NCBI GenBank assembly: GCA_041650835.1
Contig: JBAZKL010000001.1
Coordinates: 701,617-765,616 of the forward strand
DNA length: 64,000 bases
Direction of reading: 5' to 3'
Source: Candidatus Omnitrophota bacterium
GTDB lineage: Bacteria; Omnitrophota; Gorgyraeia; Gygaellales; Profunditerraquicolaceae
Positions 39,001 to 51,000 of the stretch are shown piece after piece; position 1 is the stretch's first letter, and each line of letters starts with the position of its first letter. Under the pieces are notes generated by a model that did not search any database, was not told the DNA's origin, and saw only the letters and a program-made list of their open reading frames with translations. Made by a program: the position numbers and the translations under genes.

Positions 39001-42000
39001 CATCTGCGCCACAAAATAGACATCTTTGAGCCGGAAAGGAATAACACCCTTGCCCTGTTGTATCTGCGTAAGCGCGCGGGCAATCCCTTTTAACGACTGG
39101 CCCTGGCCGCTGTGCTGCCTCATCAATTTAACAAACGCATCCTTGAGAAAAATGATGTCCCGGTCTTGAATATCGAATTGATACAGCAAAAACCTCAATG
39201 CTTCCGGCAGTGAGCCGATATCAGCGGGACTGACCAATGCTGAGGAAGCCCTGGACGATAAAACAATTCTTTTGAGTAATGCGGCATATGCAGCGCCTAC
39301 CACAAGATTATTTCTCCTGGCAGCCTCCAGATAAAAACGCGCCTGCTGCGGGTTGAAGCTGAAATAGGCGACAGATGCCCTGAGCGCATCCTGAAGGCTA
39401 CGGCCGCCGGCATAATTGAGCACATACCGGGAAATATCTTGTTGAATAAAAGGATCGAGATTAAAGAAACATGGATGGATGTATATAAGGGGAACCCTCC
39501 TTTGGCTATAAATCGCGGCCACAGGAGCAAACCTTGTATTGGGGGAACACTGAAGATCAAACCTCTTCTCAGTGACTGCCACGGTGAATTTCTCCGGAGG
39601 AGCGTTTTGCAGGTATGACCTGATGGAGATAAGATAATCGTTAAAAAGTCCCGCTAAGGCCGCCCGGGAAAGCTCATCTAAACAACCCCGCAGCATATAT
39701 TTATTGCTTTCTAAACTGATACGTACCCCCCGGTTAAGGTTATAAGAATACCTGGAACCATCCGGATGAGGCACAAATAACGGATACGTATGAACAGGAT
39801 CTTGAGCCAATGGACAGGTATCAAGAAAATCCTGAAGTTTGAGCAAGTTGTTCTGCCGATTTGCTGCAAAGCCTGAAGAAACAGGCAAAACAGGCGAAGC
39901 AGAGGTATGTGCGCGTAAAACAATTACTTTAGTACTCTGATAAAAAGATTCAATAGACCCCGGCATCCACCACCCTTTAAGCTGAGGACGAAGTATGAGC
40001 TCAGGACGATGGAAGATAATAACACCGGGGTTCAAATGATACCCCTCTGACATAAGCCCTCTGACTTCTATGAATCTGTCCCCCTGGAAACTTTTCCCCA
40101 GCCTCATGAGCGCCCTGCGGATGGCGATATCCTGGAAATGGTGGCTGGAAGTTTCCTGATGTTCATAATCTGTACCGCTTTCGATATTAGTCACATTATT
40201 ATCGTATACATCCCGGGCAACACCTACCAGCCATTCCAGGACATCAACATTATTCCTGAAGAATTCAACATAGGCATCCTCATATAATGCTAAAGCCTCG
40301 CGCACAGAGACAAATTTACCGTTAATATGATGCAGGATCTCCCAACCGCCTTCCCCAAACCATTCATTGAGCCTGCCATAAACTGCCTGCCGTTCAAATC
40401 CGAAGAACCCGCAACGGAAATATTCTTTTTTGCGGTAGCTCCTCAAAAATTCCGATCTGCTGACCTTCAAAACCCGGTTACTGCCCCTGATATGCGTTAT
40501 CCTTTTCTTGCGCGGGGCGACCGTAAGGGCCTTTTGCGCCGTCTCAAGGATAGCCAATCCTTCTTTTTCCCGGTAATAGTGCACCGCCTCATTGTATAAC
40601 CGCAGGCTGTGATATATATGCAGGGCCATTAAATAACGGGAACGCATCGGATAAAAAGTGATCGCCCCGCTTTCCAGATCACGTTCTTCCATGTAAAACG
40701 GCCACTCAATATCACAAAATCCTGTCTTTACCTTGGGGAAGCGATGGCTGATCTTTGGTAAGCCGACCCTCTCTCCCCTGCCATAACCTACAAAACCGTC
40801 GACTGACTCAAACGGTAACTCATCTTTTCCGGCGAAATACTCAAGCGCCGTTTTAATATAATAGATAGTCCTGCCGGTGGCATGAAGGTCTATTATCCTG
40901 ATCTTTTTATAGTTAAGCGCTCCTATATCCTTACATTGTTTATAAATGAATTCCGCTTCCTGCATGATAAGATCATCTGACTCGATCACGGATATCAGTT
41001 TTTCTTTGAAAATACGGGAAAATTCCCTATAAAGTTCCCGGTCAAAGTTGGCTTCATCAACCCCCCCGTAATATTCTCTCTGCTGAGGAACATTTAATTC
41101 TGCTTTTGTTTCATAAAAGATCCTCCCCGTTGTTTCTAATAAATGGCTCAAGCTTTCGGTCGAGCGATAACAACTATAATTAAAATGCGCAGGCAGGCCG
41201 GGCTGGTAGACTATACCACTTCTTTTCCTGCCTTTAAAACTATCAAGGTAATGCAAGAATTCAAATCCACTGATCGCGTCCCGCGCTAAAAATATCACAA
41301 ACTCATCCTCCTCGAGCGACAAGGCGTCAAAAAGCCAGCGATGGTCCTCGATCCGCCCCTCCAAACATAGTCTCGTACCGATGCCTCCATTCCTATCCAT
41401 GGCCCCAAAATCATCCATCATATACCGCTCCATCGAGTCATTCGGACAAAAACCTTTCTCAAGCAGCGATTCATTGGCTAAAGAGATAATCATGAACATC
41501 TCATCTTTATGCAGGAGGCGCGCCGCTCCATCTTCAGCCAAGATCCGCAATTCCTGCGGAATGGCCCAAAATAAGTTATTCAGGTCAGCTCCTGAAACCC
41601 CTCCGGGCCGGATTATTTTATCGATGCTGTCACGATAATGTTCAACTAAAGACAATAACTGCTCATGGGCAGGATATACAATATTACCTCGGTCATGCGG
41701 ATATACCTCCATAACCAAAAGCTGCTGATCAACGAAGAAAAACCGTAGCGCCGTATTGTTATAGCCGATGAAAGATATCATCTCTCGATCATCCGTAATA
41801 TACGAATAGGGGACAAGATACCTTCCTTCTGCATCTTTTATCGCTCCTCTGATCCCGTAATACCAAAACTGCTTATCTTTATCGATGAAATAAGATACGG
41901 CGACCTCACAGGCCTGCCGCGACAAATCTTTTGAGCAGGACAAAATGTCTGCCACTCTTTCAATAGTATCCAGGGGAATGAATTTATTCTTTTTCGCTCT

Positions 42001-45000
42001 CTTAGCGAGGGGCGAAGTGCAAACAGGAGCAGATGGATCTTTGGCGGGAGGAAAAATAATGATCATGACAGAAGATACAGGGGTAATAGACTTCAGCGCC
42101 GTATCGAATGCTACTTCAACGTAATCGGTGTTTTCATTCTTGACCTTAATGCGTTTGTGATGATCGGCGAAATAAGCTCTCACCAGCTTATAGATCCTGT
42201 CCGCGCATCCGGCATCAGAAATTACCAGTGGCCGTGAGACCTGAAGGCAGGATTCGAAAAACCCAAGTAATACAGATTTCGCGATACCCTTACGCTGCTG
42301 ATTCTCATAAATATCGATATTATCAATAATCAATTCCTTATCAGTAAAATGCGCGTAAAAAGTTCCCGCGGAACGGCCGTCTTTAAAGATACGGTAGCGC
42401 CTTCCATAATCCAGCTTAAATGTCAGGATGAAATTATTATGCTTGATTTCAAGGCCGGGGATATCGATGAACATCCGGGGAGCAGCCGCCAGGCCGCCGT
42501 CTGTAACCGCAGAAGAAGCAGTGTTTCTCACCCAAAAGAGATTTGAAGAATAGCCGTTTATAGCTATAGTATCGCTATCTGTTAAACAATATCCCAAGTC
42601 ACAAGGCAATTTTGTATACAACGCGTGGAGGATATGCGGAGGCGTTCTATAGCCCCGGGACGTCCACTTCTTTACCTGGTATTCTACCGGAGTGATATAA
42701 ATACGCTGCCATCCCTGACAGGCGGCATATTTCTGGAACGCGCGCAGAAGCTGTTTCGGCCAATCAGAGAATTGCTGTTTCATCTCCACAGGAAGCAATT
42801 TATACATATCGCTCTGTATCGAGGAAATTACTTTCCCGGCGGCATTCTTCTCAACCAAAAGGTAGGCAAACGCGCTATAGGTATGCTCCCAAAACATCTT
42901 ATTCTCCCTCATGCCGCGCACTGCTTCTTTCATCCTGCCGCTTTTAGGCAAAAGTATGAACCTGATCTGTCTTTTTTCTCTTCCCGGGACAACCCGCGCC
43001 TCTAATTCTCCCGCGTATATCTCTTCTGAATAATCATGCCTTTCTTGATGCGTGATCCTTAATAGCTCTTCAAGCGGCACATACCTGGCCAGCAAAGAAA
43101 GGAAAACCGGTTGCAAAATACCGCTTTTTCTGACACTGCCTAAAAAGGCGATAATTTCATTGATTGAACGCTGCTTATCTCCTTGATCATGCATATTAAG
43201 ATCTTTAACTGCGGACTCCAAGCCCAAGGCCTTACAATAACTAAGAATAACCGCCAGATCAGCCAAATCTATCCTGGACTGCAACAAAGTATCGATCACG
43301 CCCTCATCAGAGCCGGATCGTAATTGTTCATATATAATCCTCAAATCAACGGGTTTAAAATTATATACCGGATTATGGGCTTTCATAATACGGCAAAAAG
43401 CGCCAGAAGCTTGCGTATCCTCCTGGTTGTTTGATATTATTTCAGCTAAAATGCCGGCGCTCTGCCAGGGAAGACCATGTTTTTCTCTGAACATTATTGC
43501 TTTTCTTAAAAAAACTTTATCCACAGAGGCGTCCCTCAGCAATGCTTCCGCGAAATACCCTTTTTCCGTATTATGTAAAAGCTGGTATCTATCCCGCAAC
43601 CCGCAATGGTCATTACCCGTAAAATAATCACCTGCCATAACACAATCAGCTAAATAAATACCCGGGATGCCCTCTCTAAGCAGGGGCTCAACCAACTCTT
43701 TTCTTCCTCCCGCCGCGGCAACAGCTTTTGCAAGAGAAGTAATATCAAAAACACCCAATATACCTTTCTTCTTTTGATCGTTGAGATAATCAACCGTAGA
43801 GAGCACGAGAGGATCGTCGTGCTTAAGAAGCAAATAAGCTTCCACAAACGAATGGATATAGCTCTTAGGAAAGCCACTCGCCTGAAAAGAAGGCAATGCG
43901 CATTGCAGGGCGCTTATTCCAAAAGCTTCCGCCGCGACTTTAAGGCTGGTTAATTCTTCATTCGAATCAGGCCTGATCTCTCCGATCAAATCGATCAGCG
44001 CGAAGGTACGCTCATCCAATCCGATCTGCGATATCACCCTGTCCAAACGCGCCTCCTGATACAACGGCCTATTCCGGTAGTTCTTAAGCTCTCTTAACGC
44101 GGTTTTTACGTCGTTCAAAGAAAGCTTCCCTGCCCCTGATTGCGTTTGGCCGCTCATGATCGGGGATGAACCCAAGTTCCGGGCAAATACGGCATGATAG
44201 GGAGTAGGATACCCCTGCCAATCATAGATCATTTTTTCATTAATGCCCTGTTCAAAACCGGCATTAACGAAGTAACTCTTTACTAATGCAATTCTTTCTC
44301 TCTTGTTCGATGCGGCTTGCCAGGGGAGGCTTCTTTCTTGAAGGGCAGACCGATGGTCAAAGACTACGGCAAGACAAGCACCGGGCATAAGCACTCGCTT
44401 GGCTTCCATAAAAAGCTCACGGGCAAGCTTAACGTAAGCGATCCCATTGACCATGAGAATACCCGCTATGCTTCTCTCGGGGAAATGTAATGACGGATCA
44501 GTATTTAAATCCTGAAGAATATAGCCGCCATTTAAACTTTTATTAGCTTTCAGTTCTAATTCATTTAATCCTATCCCGGTAATCTTACCGTTAAGCGTTC
44601 TGGGGAAATAAGTATTGGCTCCGCTCATGAGATCAAGATACACCGGTTCAATAACGCCCGTCCCGCGGGGAAGGATATTAAACAATGCCGCCCTTATCGC
44701 TTCTGACTGATCGGTATTCATATACCCTAAATGATTAGGCGTTTCCCAGGAAGAGATCATCTTTTGCTCATCCCCTGAAACGCTATCACCTGTTCCCTTA
44801 TCCCCATTAATATCTCTGTCTTTGCTGCTAAGAGAAACATCAAAAAGCCTGGTCGCCTGCGGAGATGATGATCGTCCTTTCCCTTTCTTATAATACCCTT
44901 CAAATTTCTCTACAGCAGGGCCTATTCTCCTGAAATAAAGCTCCCAGTCACCGGTATCAACATCCAGAATAAACCTCTCCAAAGATCCCCGATATACAAA

Positions 45001-48000
45001 GCCGTATTTACTAAAGACCTTGCTCAAAACCGGGAGCGCCTTTAAAGCGCACGGGACAACCTCGAAGGCGTTCCTTCCGGAAATAAGCTCGCCCATAAGG
45101 ACATTGATCATAAGATAAATATAATCATTGCCCCGCCAGATTTGATCTAAGTAAACTCTTAACACACGCAATTTAGCTTCCGAGAACAGGTCCTCGAAAT
45201 ACAGGAATCCGGACTGGCTCTTATCAGAAGCGTTGAATAATATAAGCTTATAATAAGTGGAATACGCTCCGGCATTACGCAAGCGTTCGATAACCACATC
45301 GATTTCCGCCTTTTGCGGCAGTATCCTGATAGTACCAAGCTGCCCCTCTACCAAGTCTCCGGCATCAGCAAGGCGTATTTTCCATTCATAATCAGGACCC
45401 AGAAGATCATCGGACAATGCCGATCCAGCCTTATTATCTTTAGCGATCGTGTCGGCAAAATCCCGCAACTTTTGATGCTGCTTTTGCGTAATCTTCTTTT
45501 GTATCTTACTGAGGTCTTCCATGATAAGCCTGACGGGATCCTCGGCAAGCTCAGGGAATACCGCGATAATACGCAACAACAGTTCTTCCCTTTGACGGAT
45601 TGCCGCCGCGCTCAAATCGAGGAAAAGCATATCGCGCCAAATATCATAGGCGCGCAGCCATTCCCCCTCACTTACCGCTGCTTCGAATAATGCAAACCAA
45701 GCCTGCTCAAAGTCTCTAACGGCAAAACCGAGAGCACCCAGGTCTTCATACATTTCAACGGTGAGTCCCTGACAGGCAGCAAGCCTGTCTTCTCCCTCAG
45801 AAGCAAGCAATCCCCGAAAAAGCCTCAACCATGTGTGCAGTTTGCGTATCTTATCCTCCGGAGAAGAAAGTGACGGGAAATATTCAAAGCCTTTTTTACG
45901 CGCCTCATCCCACCTGCCTTCTTCAATAAGCGACTGCCAGTTGCTGAATGCTTCCTCCACCCGCGACTGCGCCAACGAACTGCCGGCAGAAGTAGACGTC
46001 CGCGCGCAGACCAGCGCCCCCAAACCATCTCCCCTTGCATGTAAAGATCTATAAAGCCCTTTTTGACCTGACTTACTGGCGGCAATCGCGGAAGAACTCC
46101 CCAAAGAAACCGCGGCAAAAATATCCGCCTCCACTTGAGCTCTTTCCGCAAAATCGATATTTGCATCTTCATATAAGGTTTCCCCGCTGATCTCATGTAT
46201 ATCCAAGGCGCTAAAACCATACCCCGCTTTCAAAGCATCATTCAAGAACGCGATAATACAAGCCACCTTTTGTTCAAAAAAGACCTCCTGTTCCCCAAGG
46301 GACTTTTGCCGGTCACGGAATTGCTTTATTATTCTGGCTGTTCTGTACTTATAAATAGTTTCCTGTATAATTCCTTCCGGTCCGGGGGCGATCAATGCTT
46401 TTTGCAAAATGATCTTTAATTTCGCTAAGGAATACTCCTGGCTTAAAGACTCAACCAACACTATAATTCCTTCATTATCTAAAATTAGCCCTTCCTCTAT
46501 TAATTTAATCGCCGCATGCAAAGCCAGGGACACTTGATTGTCTTCCCGGGTCTTAGGGTCGATTTCCGGAATGAAAATATGCCCGTAGAGCCGCGGCCAA
46601 AAGCTTACAAAAGGCCTTAATGCGGAAAATTTCTCCGGGAGATCGTTATAAAAGCCCAATACCGTATTGTCCCTTTCGCACCGCCGCGCGTAGGCATTAC
46701 GGCTCAACCAGAATTTGTATTTATTTTGTATCAATTCCAAAGCCTCTCCCATTCTAAGAATATCATACCAGTTTGGTCTCCCGTTTTTAAATGTTCCCGG
46801 TTCTCGAGAAGCTGCTGGAGCCGCACGGATTCTTTCCTTCAGCACCACAGGATTTATATAAGGGACGTAGGCTGCCTGTCTATCCTGTCGCCATATTTGA
46901 AGATCGCCTTCCGGCTCATATCTAATAATGCTATACTCTATTGTTATCTGTTGTTTTTCAATGGCCTCGACCGTCAGATCAAACAGCTGCTCCCTTGAAG
47001 GATCATTCAGCGTGTTTGCTAAAATAAACACACTGCTGATAAATTCTTTCTTACTGATATCCAAGATCACTTCATCCCGGCAAGGAGCCGGCCATGTGGA
47101 AGCATCTTGAGATCCGACTCCGGTATCACGACAAGTCGCCGTAGCCGTATATTCTCCGTACGTAATCTTTGCTTCCCAAATTGTCTCCGCTAACGCCTTG
47201 ACCTGCGAATATTCAACCGGCGAAGATGCGCTGTCAGGGATCAACCGGTAAATTTTTCTATTATCCTTGCCTTTTTCAACAACTATATTTTTATTTTCTC
47301 CGGCTAACTGCTTTAAATCCAAACGCCGCTGGCTTGCATTTACCCAGGGGATCTGAGGGTTCTCCCGCAAAAGCCTCGTATAAAGAAACACAGTAATAAA
47401 CCCGTGTTCTTTTAAATAGGATCTTACTAAAGCAATCCTCTGTTCGGGATAACTTCCCGGACGATAGATCGCTGAAGACGCGCCGGCTAAAGTTCCTTCC
47501 CGTAAAGAATCTTCCAGCGGCGTTTCTTCTCCCCGGGTGTTCACGAACGAAAAACCGTCAGCCGCGTAGAATATTGTCCCTTTTCTCCAGCCTTGATGGT
47601 CCAAAAGCCTCCATATATCAAATAGGACCGACATTATGGAGCGCGCGTGGATAACGGGGACCGCCGGTTCACCCAATAAGCCACCTTGAGGATTACAAGA
47701 AATAATAAGGAGATTGCTTAGTTTTTGCTCCCGCGATAGATCATGGATCAAGCCTTTTAATGACCCGTTTTTGATCGTATGGTTGCCTTCTGCGGTAAAA
47801 CCGTGAATATAATATGCCGGCCCCCGGTATCTGAATAATTTCTTTTGTTTCTTGTCGCACAAGAATATATCCGCTTGAGGATTAAACGGCATCATATATT
47901 TATCGTGTAGCTTCGCCGTCAAACCAGGCAATTTCTTCCAAAAGAAGACGCCCGCCCCGATGGCAAGAAAAGCGGTTAACAAAACCTGGTAATCCTCAAA

Positions 48001-51000
48001 ATATCCTGTAACGGTATAGAAAAACGCTATAAGCACCGCCGCCATATATAGAGACGTGCTTATGCTCCCTCTTTCATGCTTCACAACTGTCAGGAAAGAA
48101 TACGGTATTTCCTCTATTTTCCATGGCCGCAGTGAAGACCCGCTCTGATTACTGTTTACCTGAGGAGTTATCGAGTAAAAGCCATCGTTAGGGGATTCGG
48201 GAACAATCTCCTCTTTATAGAGCGCCACGAAGACTTCCCTCAGCTTTCTCTGGACCGCGATCCTGGAGCGTTCGTCAAAGAATTTACCATCCGCTATGGC
48301 GGCATCCCGGTCCCAAAGGCGCTCCATAAAGATCAAGCTGCCCAACAGGTCTTTGCCGCTTACGCCTTCAGCCACAAAGATCTCATATACCCTGCCGGAT
48401 TGAGAGAAGCCCTGGCGGACCTTGATGAATTGTTTCTCTAAGCGCTCGTCATTCAATCTCAAACCCGCAAAGACATAAAAGCTGTATTGCACACGGATAC
48501 CGAAAGGATTAACGACCGTATAATCAGCGGCATTAACGGCGTTTTCCGCTATTTTTAAACTCTTTTCAACCAAATCCAAGCCCGCGGATCTCCGGCTTTT
48601 TCCGGTACATTCTTCATAGTTATGCACCGCCGCGTAATTCTGGCTGCCGACGTGGCCGTCATCATTCGCCTGCAGGCAAACAACGGCAGCCGCCCCGTCA
48701 ATGCTTGCCAACAACCTGTTATTTTTATACCCTAAGCTTGCTCCTTGAGCGAGAAGATCTACCGGAAGAACAAAATCCGCGTCAAAGGCGATCTCTATGC
48801 TTTTCGAGCTTTTAATTTTCTTCGAAAGCCCTGAAGCCGCGGAAGAAAAAGGGTTATTGCCTTTACCGCAGGCCGCCCGGCTAAACGCAATAGCTGCGGC
48901 GACAGGATCCGCGGACTGGGTGATGGCCGCGTTCACTAAAACGCCATTGCATCCCATTTTCAATATTTGGCGGACATGCCGCGGCTCTCCGATCCCGCAT
49001 TCACCGATCAATTGAATACCCGGACGTATTTTTCTGGCTAAGGCGATAACCGCCTTCACTTTATCTGTTTCTTCAGGGAGCCCCAAACCTCTATGGGAAC
49101 CAGGCCGCGTTAATTCAACGCGTAACGCGATAACCTGGCTGATGTCCAACAATTCCGCCAGCATCTCCGCGAGAATTTCTTTGCCTATAAGGGGAATTAT
49201 CCTGATATTCCTGTTAAGCGCGACCAGCGCCTTGACGGCGTTAAACATTTCCGCGTTATTCGTCATTACATCTCTATTTCTTACCTCCAGCTTTACGTAA
49301 GGGGTTTTTGAGAAATACACCCCGACTCCCGCCAGCATTATTGCGTCTTCCTGCGTCATGGCTTTACTGGTATTGACCACCGCGAGAAATTTCCTTGTCT
49401 GCCGCCGGGCCGAAAGCTTCTGGTGAATCAAATCAACAAAAGGAATACGCAATGCTTTCGGGAGTGCCGTTAAACTTCCTTTTTCACCCAGGGTAACCAA
49501 ACCGCTATTTTCATCAAAGACGATTTCCCGCAACATTCTACGGGCATTGTCCAAAGTAGTGCATTCCTTCAAGAATTCTATGCCCCCCGGCAGAAAGATC
49601 AGGAACTGTGTCCTTGACCTTACGGTCAATTCGCTTGCGACTTCAGGCGAAAGAGAGATAATACACGATTCATCGAAAGAATGCGTAATCGCCGTGGGGG
49701 CGATCAAGGGGAATAATTCCTGGCCGGAAATCACTATTTTCCTTTTTTCTACTAGCGGTGAAGCCGCGCGCGCGGACAAAACTCCTTCAGATATCGTTAA
49801 GCGGAAAATCCTTGGCTGACCGTACATCAAAGGAACAAACCAGATAGGATGCGAATAAACATGGGCCCTATCCATCTTTGACTCGACCATTGCGCCTCCG
49901 AGATATATCCCGCAGTGAGCGACAAATCCCGACGCATGAATATAAGCTACTAAATCATTCTTTTTCGCATCGCGCAAATTGATCTCAGGGAAGATCGCGC
50001 GTAGTTTTTCATATGAGAATAAAGCGTGCAGATCAACCCCTAATTTCCTCGTCGCATAAGCGATACAATCCTCTAATCCATTTTTTGTTCTTTCAACTAT
50101 TTGGTACCCCGGCAAACGCCCGATATCATCATATAAACCAAGGCTAAATAAACGGGAAATTTCTTTACTTACTCGCTTTCTGAATTTATCGCTGCCATGG
50201 AAACAAACACCCGGTTTTAGTAACGGGAACCCGGCAGCTTGCAAAGCTGAAGACGTATTGTCTGCTAATCCAGGCGTGCGCCTTTGCCCTGAGGCCAGCG
50301 GCGAAGCCGCGCGGGGCGCTGCCGCTTTCGCCCGAACCCTTATCTCTGCCTGAGCGGAACCCTCACCTTGACGGCCATTTTCTTTGTCCAGGAACAATAA
50401 AACAGGGTCAACGTATCCGGCTTTCTCCATTACCCTTAAAACAGGGGCTTGTTTTACGTATTTAATGTCATTCGCGTTAATACCGTATTGCCGATTTAAT
50501 ATCCTTATTGCCCTTACCAGGCTGGTAATAAAGCTGTCCCTGATCCTTAACTGGCTGCCGTTACAGCGTATGCTTGGGCCTAGAATAAAGTCCATCGTGC
50601 CAGGGTTAAAAGCATCCCCGGCGGGATCATAGAGGGCGCTGTATTTCAGACAATGCTTGAGTATCTCCTGATGATCACTTATTCCATTATGCAAAACAAC
50701 CATTTTGTGCAGCGCTTCAAGCGTGGCGCGGTTGACAACAGATTCCCCCTCAATATATCCTCCCCCATACGTAAATATAATATCGTTCAACCTGCGCGTC
50801 ACAAAAGAATCGATACCCTTGCCCATCAAAAATCCGCAAGAAGCGTTGATCTCCGTTGTTTTTCCATACGTGCATAGGGGTGTTAATTGGATGGTTTTGG
50901 TATAGACATACGGCGAGGGCATACCCGGCTTGTTATATTCCGACAGTTTCCCATACTTAAGATCATATTCATACCCCCAGATATGGGCCCAATATGCGCG

